A stretch of 39,649 nt of DNA from an uncultured Actinomycetes bacterium (GCA_945957335.1 CAMFLJ010000001.1:1-39649), one strand, 5' to 3'; counted from the stretch's first letter, positions 1 to 8,199 are shown. Program-made: numbers and translations. Notes: generated by a model from the sequence alone, not told the origin.

Positions 1-2
1 AC

Positions 3-449
3 ACCCACAAAAACACCTTTTACCCCCCCGGCCTGGACGAGGCGTTGGGCGTCCACGCCACGGTCGAGAGCTCGAGCATCGACGAGGACACCAACGAGGT
101 GCGCGTCGAGGGCGCCGACCTCGGCCTCCTGGTCGGTCCCAAGGGCAACACCCTGAGCGCCATCCAGGAGCTCTCCCGCACCGTCGTCCACCGTCGGGTG
201 CCGGGCACCGCCGCCGGCCGGGTTCGCCTGGATGTCGCCGGCTACCGCCAGCGTCGTCGCGAGGCCCTCGAGCGCTTCACCCAGCAGGTCGCCGACCAGG
301 TCAAGGAGAGCGGCGTCCAGAAGGCGCTCGAGCCCATGAACCCGGCTGATCGCAAGGTCGTGCACGACACCGTCAACGAGATCGACGGGGTGTCGACGAT
401 CTCCGAGGGCGAGGAGCCCCGCCGCCGGGTCGTCATCATCCCCGGCTGA
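3..449 (+). CDS. jag: Jag/KhpB-type RNA-binding protein (KH + R3H), 5'-truncated by window edge
   Basis: Reading frame is open to nt 3. KH GXXG loop 'LLVGPKGNTL' and R3H motif 'ADRKVVHDTV' are present. Sits upstream of rsmG-parA-parB. Confidence 0.85.
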   Translation, partial: THKNTFYPPGLDEALGVHATVESSSIDEDTNEVRVEGADLGLLVGPKGNTLSAIQELSRTVVHRRVPGTAAGRVRLDVAGYRQRRREALERFTQQVADQVKESGVQKALEPMNPADRKVVHDTVNEIDGVSTISEGEEPRRRVVIIPG

Positions 450-480
450 GCCACTCGCGGCCCTGCCGCACCGCAGTCCC

Positions 481-508
481 GAAGGCCCCGCATCCGTGCG
501 GGGCCTTC
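481..508 (+). terminator. Hairpin downstream of jag (12-bp perfect stem, 4-nt loop)
   Basis: GAAGGCCCCGCA-tccg-TGCGGGGCCTTC, 32 nt after the jag stop. No clean U-tract follows (gctgttcc). Confidence 0.55.
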
Positions 509-543
509 GCTGTTCCTGGGCACGGCCTTGTGGGCCTCACTCA

Positions 544-672
544 CGGGTCCTGTCACCGAGGCGACGTGCCGTGCTCGCTCAGGGCAATCCGCCAGGGGCT
601 GACAGGCTCGCTCCCTTGGTACGGCGGGCCCCCTCGCTGCGCTGCGGCACTGTCCGCCCCGGCGCCACCCGG
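544..672 (-). repeat. Copy A of a ~128-bp dispersed intergenic element (inverted relative to copies B and C)
   Basis: The reverse complement aligns with 2118-2244 and 4604-4731. Shared blocks: CCGGGTGGCGCCGGGG.GGACAGTGCCGCAGCGCAGCGAGG ... CCTGTCAGC ... GAGCGAGCACGGCACG.CGCCTCGGTGACAGGACCCG. Confidence 0.8.
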
Positions 673-723
673 GATCCGACCACCCTCACCACCTGTCGGA
701 GTGCTGGGACGTGGGGTGGCAGG

Positions 724-1344
724 ATGGGTCGTATGGAGGCGTCGGAGGGGTTGATCGCTGCGTTGGAGCGGGCGAGGAGGCTCGGGGTGTTGGGGCCGGG
801 GCCGGTGGGAGAGCATGTGGCCCATGCCCAGGGGTTCGTGGAGGCCCTGGCCCGGGTGCCAGAGGGGTCTCTGGTGGTCGATCTGGGCTCGGGGGGTGGG
901 GTGCCGGGGCTGATCGTGGCGGAGGCGAGGGCCGATCTGCGCCTGGTGCTGCTCGATGCGATGGAGAAGCGCACCGCACTGCTGGCCGAGGCCGTGACGG
1001 CCATGGGCATGGCTGATCGGGTCACGGTGCGGACCGGCCGGGCGGAGATGCTGGGCCGGGAGGACGACCTGCGGGCGACGGCGATGGCCGTCACGGCCCG
1101 GTCGTTCGGGCCGCCGGCCGCCACCGCCGAGTGTGCCGCTCCCCTGCTGGCCGTCAGTGGTGTCCTCGTCGTCAGCGAGCCGCCCGACTCCCCCGACCGC
1201 TGGCCCCACGATCCCCTGGCGGCCCTGGGATTGGTGCCATCCCCCATGCAGGTCCCAGGGATGCAGGTCCTCACCCAGACCTCCCTCTGCCCCGAGACCT
1301 ACCCCCGCCGCACCGGCCTCCCCACCAAGCGCCCCCTCTTCTGA
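724..1344 (+). CDS. rsmG: 16S rRNA (guanine527-N7)-methyltransferase RsmG/GidB
   Basis: SAM motif 'VVDLGSGGGVPGL' and the typical tail 'PRRTGLPTKRPL'. Start placed at ATG 724 (alternative 733). The 496 start in the ORF track would read through repeat copy A. Confidence 0.9.
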   Translation: MGRMEASEGLIAALERARRLGVLGPGPVGEHVAHAQGFVEALARVPEGSLVVDLGSGGGVPGLIVAEARADLRLVLLDAMEKRTALLAEAVTAMGMADRVTVRTGRAEMLGREDDLRATAMAVTARSFGPPAATAECAAPLLAVSGVLVVSEPPDSPDRWPHDPLAALGLVPSPMQVPGMQVLTQTSLCPETYPRRTGLPTKRPLF

Positions 1345-1365
1345 TCTGTCCCCGCCCGTGCGCGG

Positions 1366-1381
1366 TGTTTCACGTGAAACA
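1366..1381. promoter_or_regulatory. parS centromere-like site, perfect 16-bp palindrome TGTTTCACGTGAAACA
   Basis: Exact match to the canonical parS consensus, 22 bp after the rsmG stop. Confidence 0.9.
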
Positions 1382-1799
1382 TGAGGGTTCCCTGCCGGGC
1401 AGTCCCCAGGAGCCCGTCCGGTGAGCATGGAGGAGCGCTGTTCGCCCCATCGCCCCAAGCCGGCCCATCACGCCGACCCCCCCGTCACCCAGGCCCACCC
1501 GCCCAGGAAGGCGGCCCCAGCCACGCACTCTTCGCCAGCCCGGCCGAGGTGGCGATGAGCCAAGCCTGAGACCTAGCCCCAGGTGCCAACCCTCCGAACG
1601 CAGGTCACGGCGGAGAGCCACTCGGCCGGTCCCGGCCTACCCGAGAGCAAGGGCTCGACGCCCCCGGAGTGGAGAAGTGCCTCGACGACACCCCATCTCT
1701 CCTTGTCCGGGAAGAAGGAGCGATGCCCGGACTGTCCATGCCACCTTCCAGCGGTGACGGCACGGCACGCAGACCTTCGTCAGGTGAAGGGCTCCCGAG

Positions 1800-2117
1800 G
1801 CGGTGGCGCTCCGAGAACCCTCGTCGGGGAGCAGAGGCCGCTCGGCGACGAGGCTTGGCGCCAGGGTGGACCGCGCCGCAGTGCGGGTTTCCGTGGAACG
1901 GGTGGCGCTCGAGTGAGCCGGGTCGCCACGCAGGCCGATGTCGCGGGGCAGAGCCCTTCGAGTGGTCAAGGTGCCGGCGGGGTGGACACTCGGGGTGGAC
2001 CCTGCCCCCGCGCAGCACCCCCTGTCGCGGAGGAGGGGGTGTCCGGAACGGGTGGCGCTCGGGTGGACAGTGCCGCAGCGCGGCCCCCTGTCGCGGGGGA
2101 GAGCCTGGTGGGTGGAC
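1800..2117 (+). repeat. Degenerate tandem array (~4 units, period ~70-77 bp) derived from the head of the 128-bp element
   Basis: Recurring blocks (A)ACGGGTGGCGCTCG, GGGTGGAC, GCCGCAGYGC, CCCCCTGTCGCGG.GGA and GAGCC at about 1857, 1899, 1975 and 2049. The boundaries are approximate. Confidence 0.7.
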
Positions 2118-2244
2118 CGGGTGGCGCCGGGGTGGACAGTGCCGCAGCGCAGCGAGGGCCCGCGGCTCTCGAGGAGGGCGCCCTGTCAGCCCCCCGCCGC
2201 TTGCCCCGAGCGAGCACGGCACGCCGCCCCGGTGACAGGACCCG
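2118..2244 (+). repeat. Copy B of the ~128-bp dispersed element
   Basis: Near-identical 5' ~44 nt and 3' ~55 nt to copy C, with a divergent ~22-nt centre. The ends pair: CCGGGT/ACCCGG, CCGGGG/CCCCGG, GTGCCG/CGGCAC. Confidence 0.85.
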
Positions 2245-2268
2245 GACCACCCACACCTCGGAGGAGTG

Positions 2269-2284
2269 TGTTTCACGTGGAACA
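2269..2284. promoter_or_regulatory. parS site with one mismatch (TGTTTCACGTGGAACA)
   Basis: 15/16 match to the parS consensus, ~115 bp upstream of the parA start and 25 bp after repeat copy B. Confidence 0.75.
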
Positions 2285-2395
2285 TGTCGAGGGTCCTTGA
2301 TCGCGCGCACGCTGGCGGGCAGGATGGCGAACGTTCCGTCCACGGCGCGATTCGCCCGAGGACGATGTGGGGCGGGCATTCCCGCCTGAACCCGA

Positions 2396-3433
2396 GTGGG
2401 GTGCATGAACGACGACCTGCCCGACGGCGGGACGCCTCCGGAGTCCACGGAGGAGCCCGCGCCGTCGCTGACCACCACGACGGAGCCGGGGAGCCACGCG
2501 TCGACTCCCTCCCCCGTTCCTGACGCACCACCTGCTCCCGAAGCGGCCACGGCGCCGTCGGAGCCCACCCCGGCGCCGGTGGTCGAGCACGCCATCGACG
2601 TGCCCGGCGACCTGGCCCCGGTCGAGGAGATCATCACCGAGGGCGAGCCGGCCAGCGCCGCCCGCCCTCTCCCCCGCGTGATCGCCATCGCCAACCAGAA
2701 GGGTGGCGTGGGCAAGACCACGACGGCGGTCAACCTCGGCGCCTGCCTGGCCGAGCTCGGCTTCCGGGTGCTGGTGGTCGACCTCGATCCCCAGGGCAAC
2801 GCCTCGACCGGCCTCGGGATCAACGTCCGGGCCCTCGATTCGTCGATGTACGACGTGCTCCTCGGTGAGACCCCGATGGAGGACTGCATCGAGGGGAGCT
2901 CGGTCCGGAACCTGTTCGTCGCTCCTGCCAGCCTCGATCTGGCCGGCGCCGAGATCGAGTTGGTGCCCGCCTTCAGTCGGGAGCTGCGCCTGCGCAACGC
3001 CATCGACTCGGTGAAGGAGGACTACGACTACGTCCTCATCGACTGTCCCCCGTCGCTGGGCCTGCTCACGATCAACGCGTTCGCGGCAGCCACCGAGGTG
3101 CTGGTGCCGATCCAGTGCGAGTACTACGCGCTGGAGGGCCTGGGCCAACTGGTGCGCAACGTCGACCTGGTGAAGCGCAACCTGAACGACCACCTCGAGA
3201 TCTCCACGATCATCCTGGTGATGTACGACGCCCGCACCAAGCTCGCCGACCAGGTGGCGGCGGAGGTCCGGGAGCACTTCGGCGAGAAGGTGTGCCGGCA
3301 GATCGTGCCCCGCACCGTCCGTCTGTCGGAGGCCCCGTCGTTCGGGCAGCCGATCATCACGTTCGATCCGAGCAGCCGGGGCTCCATCGCCTATCGGCAA
3401 CTGGCCAAGGAGGTCAGCGGTGGGCCGTCGTAG
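2396..3433 (+). CDS. parA: Chromosome partitioning ATPase ParA/Soj
   Basis: Deviant Walker A 'NQKGGVGKTTTAVNL', plus 'VVDLDPQGN' and 'IDCPPSLG'. Pro/Thr/Glu-rich N-terminal extension. Start is GTG 2396 or ATG 2405. Confidence 0.95.
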   Translation: MGCMNDDLPDGGTPPESTEEPAPSLTTTTEPGSHASTPSPVPDAPPAPEAATAPSEPTPAPVVEHAIDVPGDLAPVEEIITEGEPASAARPLPRVIAIANQKGGVGKTTTAVNLGACLAELGFRVLVVDLDPQGNASTGLGINVRALDSSMYDVLLGETPMEDCIEGSSVRNLFVAPASLDLAGAEIELVPAFSRELRLRNAIDSVKEDYDYVLIDCPPSLGLLTINAFAAATEVLVPIQCEYYALEGLGQLVRNVDLVKRNLNDHLEISTIILVMYDARTKLADQVAAEVREHFGEKVCRQIVPRTVRLSEAPSFGQPIITFDPSSRGSIAYRQLAKEVSGGPS

Positions 3434-4319
3434 CGGTTTGGGAAAGGGTCTCGGGGCGCTGATCCCGGCGACTGAGCGTCTGGAGGACACCGACGCGACC
3501 CTGCGTGAGCTGCCGATCTCGCAGATCACGCCGAACACGTACCAGCCTCGGAACCACTTCGACGAGGAGGCGCTGGTCAGCCTGTCGGCGTCGATCCAGG
3601 CGGTCGGGGTGCTGCAGCCGATCCTGGTGCGTCAGACGGGTGCCCAGGAGTACGAGCTCATCGCCGGTGAGCGCCGTTGGCGCGCCGCCCGCCGGGCCGG
3701 GCTCCAGACGGTGCCCGCCATCGTGCGCCCCACCGAGGACGTCCGCTCGCTCGAGCAGGCCCTGGTCGAGAACCTCCACCGCGAGGACCTGACCCCGCTG
3801 GAGGAGGCCGCGGCCTACCAGCAGCTGGTCGAGGAGTTCGGGCACACCCAGGAGGAGGTGGCCCAGCGGGTGGGCAAGAGCCGCTCGGCGGTGGCCAACA
3901 CCCTGCGCCTGCTGCACCTCCCGCCGAGCATCCAGCGCCTCCTGGCCGATGGCCAGATCTCAGCAGGCCACGCCCGCGCCCTGCTGGGCACCCCCGACCG
4001 GGTGTTCCAGGAGGAGCTGGCCCGGGCCATCGTCGCCGAGCACCTGACCGTCCGTGAGGTCGAGGAGCGCGTCCGCGAGCACGCTGGTGCCGATGCCGAG
4101 GAGGAGCCCGCCGCAGCGGAGCCCACCAAGGAGCCCGCCGCCGCGGTCCGCCCGGCCGCCCTGCTCGAGCTCGAAGGCCTGCTCTCGGACCACCTCGACA
4201 CCCGCGTGCAGATCTCGATGGGCGCCAAGCGGGGCCGCGTCGTCATCGACTTCGCCACCCTCGAAGACCTCGAGCGCCTCTACCGCGTCATGCTCGAAGG
4301 CCGCGAGCCCACCGACTGA
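3420..4319 (+). CDS. parB: Chromosome partitioning protein ParB/Spo0J
   Basis: '[10 protein letters not shown]' N-terminus, ParB box '[15 protein letters not shown]', HTH '[22 protein letters not shown]'. Overlaps the parA end by 14 nt. Confidence 0.95.
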   Translation: MGRRSGLGKGLGALIPATERLEDTDATLRELPISQITPNTYQPRNHFDEEALVSLSASIQAVGVLQPILVRQTGAQEYELIAGERRWRAARRAGLQTVPAIVRPTEDVRSLEQALVENLHREDLTPLEEAAAYQQLVEEFGHTQEEVAQRVGKSRSAVANTLRLLHLPPSIQRLLADGQISAGHARALLGTPDRVFQEELARAIVAEHLTVREVEERVREHAGADAEEEPAAAEPTKEPAAAVRPAALLELEGLLSDHLDTRVQISMGAKRGRVVIDFATLEDLERLYRVMLEGREPTD

Positions 4320-4603
4320 GGCTCGGCCTCCCGACCCACTGCCACCCCGGAAACACTCCACCAAAACCACCACTGGAGAGATTTCCCCAACCTGTGTGCA
4401 ACCCTGTGGTCAACCTTTCTCCCCCTTCCAGCTGAGGGAACCCTCGACCCACGCTCACCGCCCGCGCGAGATCCTCCGAAACGTCGCCCTCTGCGCGTGG
4501 AACGGGTCGGTTCCGACGCCTGATCGGCCCCGTTCGAGGGGTCCGGGTGGCGCCCCTCGGAGCTGGTGAGAGCCCTTCGGAGAAGGCCCCTCGTCGAGGT
4601 GAC

Positions 4604-4731
4604 CGGGTGGCGCCGAGGTGGACAGTGCCGCAGCGCAGCGAGGGGCCTGCCGCTGCGTCGCCGGGCGAGCCTGTCAGCGCCCCGCGGCTTGCCCGAGCGA
4701 GCACGGCACGCCGCCTCGGTGACAGGACCCG
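4604..4731 (+). repeat. Copy C of the ~128-bp dispersed element (partial head copy at 4543-4603, tail hairpin duplicate at 4750-4770)
   Basis: Aligns with copy B. The ends pair: CCGGGT/ACCCGG, CCGAGG/CCTCGG, GTGCCG/CGGCAC. Lies in the convergent parB/trxA intergenic region. Confidence 0.85.
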
Positions 4732-4805
4732 GGAGCCGAGACCACCCATCCGGTGACAGGACCCGTCACCGAGACCTCTCGCGCCACAGGTGGTAGGCAC
4801 GCGAA

Positions 4806-4829
4806 GAGGCCGCCCCGAAGGGCGGCCTC
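4806..4829. terminator. 10-bp perfect GC hairpin between convergent parB and trxA
   Basis: GAGGCCGCCC-cgaa-GGGCGGCCTC, 42 nt beyond the trxA stop on the minus strand. Confidence 0.6.
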
Positions 4830-4870
4830 GATCGTTGCGTCAGTGGTGGGGGAGCGGCACTCCCCTGGTC

Positions 4871-5197
4871 TCAGAGGAACTGGCGGAGGTCCTCGAGCAG
4901 CTGCCCCTTGCCCTTGGCCCCCACGATCCGGGCGGCCTCCTGGCCGTCCTTGAACACGATCATGGTGGGGATCGACATGACGCCGAAGCGGCGGGCGGTG
5001 TCGGGGTTGTCGTCGACGTTGAGCTTGGCGACCTGCAGCTTGCCGGCCTGTTCGTCGGCGATCTCACCCAGGATGGGGGCGATCATCTTGCAGGGCCCGC
5101 ACCACTCGGCCCAGAAGTCGACGATGACGGGCTCGGACGACGCGCCGATCTGCTCGTCGAAGGTGGAATCGGTCAGGGTGCTGATGTTGTCGGCCAT
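4871..5197 (-). CDS. trxA: Thioredoxin
   Basis: 108 aa with the 'WAEWCGPCK' active site. GAGGA ribosome-binding site upstream. Confidence 0.95.
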   Translation of the reverse strand: MADNISTLTDSTFDEQIGASSEPVIVDFWAEWCGPCKMIAPILGEIADEQAGKLQVAKLNVDDNPDTARRFGVMSIPTMIVFKDGQEAARIVGAKGKGQLLEDLRQFL

Positions 5198-5271
5198 GGC
5201 TCCTCGTTCTCAGCCGTTGTGACGTGGTCGGTGGGGTACCGAAGGGATGTGGCGCCGGTTGGCGCCGGTGA

Positions 5272-6240
5272 TCAGTGCTCGCCCTGGGCCTCGAGCCAGC
5301 GCTCGCAGTCGATGGCGGCCATGCAGCCCGACCCGGCGGCGGTGATGGCCTGGCGGTAGACGTGGTCCTGGACGTCGCCGCAGGCGAAGACACCCTCGAC
5401 GTCGGTGAGCGAGCCGTCGTGGGTGACCAGGTAGCCGTTGTCCTCGAGCTGCAGCTGGCCCTTGAACAGGTCCGTGTTGGGCTTGTGGCCGATGGCGACG
5501 AAGACGCCGGTGACGGGCAGCTCGCGGCGCTCGCCGTTGGTGGTGTCCTCGAGGGTGATCGACTCGACGGTCTGGTCGCCGGTGATGCCCACGACGGTGG
5601 AGTTCCAGGCGAACTTGATCTTGTCGTTGGCGAAGGCGCGGTCCTGCATGATCTTGGAGGCGCGCAGCTCGTCGCGGCGGTGCACGAGGGTGACCGAGCG
5701 GGCGAACTTGGTGAGGAAGAGCGCTTCCTCGATGGCGGAATCGCCACCGCCGACGACGGCGATGTCGTGGTCGCGGAAGAAGAAGCCGTCGCAGGTAGCG
5801 CAGGTGGAGAGCCCGTGGCCGAGGAGGCGGGACTCCTCGGGCAGGCCGAGCATGAGCGACTGGGCGCCGGTGGAGACGATGATCGAGCGGGCCCGGTAGG
5901 TGGGCTCGGCGGTGTCGGGGTCGCCGACCCAGACGCTGAAGGGCTGGGCCGAGAAGTCGACCTTGCTGACCTTGCGGGTGATGACCTCGGTGCCGAAGCG
6001 CAGGGCCTGCTCACGGAAGCGCATCATGAGCTCGGGGCCCATGATGCCGTCGGGCCACCCGGGGAAGTTCTCGACCTCGGTGGTGAGCATGAGCTGGCCA
6101 CCGGGCTGGTCGCTGGTGGAGGAGGGCTCACCCTCGATCAGCAGCGGCTCGAGGTTGGCGCGAGCGGTGTAGATCGCGGCGGTGAGGCCGGCAGGGCCCG
6201 AACCGATGATGATGACGTTGCGGATGGGTGTCTCGGACAC
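5272..6240 (-). CDS. trxB: Thioredoxin-disulfide reductase
   Basis: FAD motif 'IIGSGPAG', redox 'CATCDG', NADPH motif 'VVGGGDSA'. GTG start. Confidence 0.95.
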   Translation of the reverse strand: MSETPIRNVIIIGSGPAGLTAAIYTARANLEPLLIEGEPSSTSDQPGGQLMLTTEVENFPGWPDGIMGPELMMRFREQALRFGTEVITRKVSKVDFSAQPFSVWVGDPDTAEPTYRARSIIVSTGAQSLMLGLPEESRLLGHGLSTCATCDGFFFRDHDIAVVGGGDSAIEEALFLTKFARSVTLVHRRDELRASKIMQDRAFANDKIKFAWNSTVVGITGDQTVESITLEDTTNGERRELPVTGVFVAIGHKPNTDLFKGQLQLEDNGYLVTHDGSLTDVEGVFACGDVQDHVYRQAITAAGSGCMAAIDCERWLEAQGEH

Positions 6241-6260
6241 GTGGAGCTCCGGAGTGGGGG

Positions 6261-6281
6261 AGATACCCCTGTGGGGTATCT
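6261..6281. promoter_or_regulatory. 9-bp perfect inverted repeat just upstream of trxB (AGATACCCC-tgt-GGGGTATCT)
   Basis: Lies between the stop of the membrane-protein gene (6294) and the trxB start (6240). On the minus strand a TTGACG hexamer (6284-6289) sits upstream and the palindrome covers the expected spacer/-10 zone. Could be an operator or a terminator. Confidence 0.4.
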
Positions 6282-6293
6282 GTCGTCAACGGC

Positions 6294-6692
6294 TCAGGGG
6301 CGGGTGGTATTCCCTGCGGGAGCCGGTTGGTTGCGCTTGCGGAAGACAAGTGCTCCTGCGATGAGGAACACGATGCCCAGCACGAGGTACGCCAGCCACA
6401 CGCCGGAGGGCAGGATCACGTCGAGCAGGCGGATGGCGAAGATGATCACCAGCACGGCGACGGTGATGCCGAGCACCACGGCGAAGAAGCCGAAGACGAT
6501 GCCTCGGGCGATGGTGGTGATGGGCCCGGTGGTGCGGTCGCGCACCGATCCGACGACGTTGACGATGGCGTCGGCCGCCTTCGCCGGCCAGTCGCCGTCG
6601 AGGCCGCCCTCGAAGATCTGCTCGACCTCGTCGAGCGCCTTGTGGGCGCCGTGGTGCGGCTCGGTGCCGTCGGCCGGGCTGGGCGTCTCCAT
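6294..6692 (-). CDS. Small membrane protein with two predicted TM helices (holin-X/DUF1469-like topology, tentative)
   Basis: Start taken at ATG 6692 ('METPSPADG'). Hydrophobic segments 'GIVFGFFAVVLGITVAVLVIIFAI' and 'WLAYLVLGIVFLIAGALVF'. Strong GC3 bias. Confidence 0.6.
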   Translation of the reverse strand: METPSPADGTEPHHGAHKALDEVEQIFEGGLDGDWPAKAADAIVNVVGSVRDRTTGPITTIARGIVFGFFAVVLGITVAVLVIIFAIRLLDVILPSGVWLAYLVLGIVFLIAGALVFRKRNQPAPAGNTTRP

Positions 6693-6751
6693 GGCGGGGG
6701 ATCCTACCCCCGTGGTCGCGGAGGCTTCCCGAACATCGCCGACGTGGTCGC

Positions 6752-7648
6752 TCAGGTCGTGCCCTCGGCCAGCACGGTGCACGTCGTGGCGTCGACCACG
6801 AGCACCCGGGCGCCCGTTCCGCCGGCGCGATCGACCATGACGATCACCGGTCCGCCCGGCAGCTGGGCCACCGCGGCCGCGGCCCACGACTCACCCGGAG
6901 CGGGCGTGATCGGCGGGACCGGGCAGGTCGTCGGAGGCGAGGGCGCCGGGCTCACGTCGCTCGCTGTCGCCTGTTCGCGCTCGTTCGACCCCGCCCCGCG
7001 GGACGACCCGTCGAACTGGTGATCGAAGTCGGCTCCGGACGCCTCGAGCACCGCGAAGCGGGCGAGCACCGTGGCCGTGTCGGGCAGCGCACCGAGCTCG
7101 GCCAGGGAGGTCGCTGCGGCGGAGCCACCTGCGGTCGGCGCTGCGGCGTCGGCGGTGGACGAGCCGTCGGCCGGCGCGGTGGCGGACGCGGACCCGCTGC
7201 TGCTGGCGGAGTCGTTGGAGCTGGAGCGGCTGGCGACCCGGGCCAGGCTCACGCCCACGACGACGAGCACCACGGCAGCGGCCACCCCGGCCAGGGCGCC
7301 CGCCCAGGAGCGCCGGCGGTGGCGCCGCACGGCCAGCTCGTCGCGCCGGACCGGGCCGACCAGCAGATCGGGCGCCGGCACAGGTGTCGCGCTGACGGGC
7401 GCTGCGTCGTCGGCCGCCAGGCTCGCCGGTGGGGCCTCGTCCATCGCCCGGGCCAGCAGTCGGGCCGAGACGTCGGCGTCGAGCGGGGTGACCGGCTCGG
7501 CCAGGCGGGCCACGGCGGCACGGAGCTGCTCGAGCCGGGCGAGGGCCTCGGGCGAGGCCTCCACCAGGGCGCGCTCCTCCGGGGTGGCCGCACCGTCGAG
7601 CACGGCGGAGAGGAGCTCGTCGTCGATGGGGGAGCGGTCGTCGTTCAT
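6752..7648 (-). CDS. Anti-sigma factor, single-pass membrane protein (anti-SigM-like by position)
   Basis: Its ATG overlaps the sigma stop (ATGA). N-terminus 'DDELLSAVLDGAATPEERALVE', TM 'WAGALAGVAAAVVLVVVGVSL', Ser/Ala-rich extracytoplasmic part. No HxxxCxxC zinc motif. Confidence 0.7.
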   Translation of the reverse strand: MNDDRSPIDDELLSAVLDGAATPEERALVEASPEALARLEQLRAAVARLAEPVTPLDADVSARLLARAMDEAPPASLAADDAAPVSATPVPAPDLLVGPVRRDELAVRRHRRRSWAGALAGVAAAVVLVVVGVSLARVASRSSSNDSASSSGSASATAPADGSSTADAAAPTAGGSAAATSLAELGALPDTATVLARFAVLEASGADFDHQFDGSSRGAGSNEREQATASDVSPAPSPPTTCPVPPITPAPGESWAAAAVAQLPGGPVIVMVDRAGGTGARVLVVDATTCTVLAEGTT

Positions 7649-8199
7649 CTCTCGGTCCCTTCGACGTCGGCGACGCGGCCCGGGTTCCCGCCGGGCCGGT
7701 GGCCCTGACCGAGCAGGTCGGCGAGGCGGCCCCGGCCCCGCGCGATGCGGGAGCGCACCGTCCCCGGGGGGAGGTCGAGCACCTCGGCGATCTCGGCGTA
7801 GTCGAGCCCCAGCTGGTCGCGGAGCACGACCACCACGCGGAACTCCTCGGGCAGCTCGGCCAGGGCCAGGTCGAGGTCGAGCCGGTCGGACACCACGTCG
7901 CCCACCGGTGCACCCCGGTCTGGGAGGTCGAGGGTGGTGCCGGGAGCGTCGGCCGGCGACGGAGCGGCATCGAGGCGGGCGACGACTGTGGGGCGGCGGC
8001 CCCGGCGGCGCAGCTCGTCGAGGCACACGTTGGTGGTGACCCGGTGCACCCAGGTGTCGAACGCCGATCGATGGTCGAACCGGGGGAGGCCCCGGACGAC
8101 GGCGAGCAGGGCCTCCTGGGTGGCGTCCTCGGCGTCGGCGTCGTTGCCGCAGAGGCGTCGGCACAGCGCGTGGATGCGGTCGATCCGGTCCCGGAGCAC
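7645..8199 (-). CDS. ECF RNA polymerase sigma factor (SigM-like by synteny); true start probably upstream of 8199
   Basis: Region 2 'DAEDATQEALLAVVRGLPRFD...FDTWVHRVTTNVCLDELRRR'. Region 4 'LPEEFRVVVVLRDQLGLDYAEIAEVLDLPPGTVRSRIARGR'. The first canonical start is GTG 8199. Confidence 0.9.
   Translation of the reverse strand: MLRDRIDRIHALCRRLCGNDADAEDATQEALLAVVRGLPRFDHRSAFDTWVHRVTTNVCLDELRRRGRRPTVVARLDAAPSPADAPGTTLDLPDRGAPVGDVVSDRLDLDLALAELPEEFRVVVVLRDQLGLDYAEIAEVLDLPPGTVRSRIARGRGRLADLLGQGHRPGGNPGRVADVEGTER

Noticed and set aside
496-723. N-terminal extension of rsmG given in the ORF track
   Set aside because: The extension is translated from repeat copy A. RsmG homology begins at about ATG 724.
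1800-2244. Possible CRISPR array
   Set aside because: The units are contiguous and degenerate, with no unique spacers of regular length. No cas genes are present, and the repeat is the same family as the dispersed copies.
1583-2389. 268-aa plus-strand ORF filling the rsmG-parA spacer
   Set aside because: It has many A/T-ending codons, unlike neighbouring genes. Its internal peptide repeats simply reflect the DNA tandem units. It also reads through a parS site. I treat it as non-coding.
5275-6840. 521-aa plus-strand ORF
   Set aside because: It is antisense to trxB and the small membrane protein and has no motifs. It is a shadow ORF. The same applies to 19475-20785(-), 23192-25282(-), 27154-29985(-), 34210-36243(-) and 36648-38591(+).
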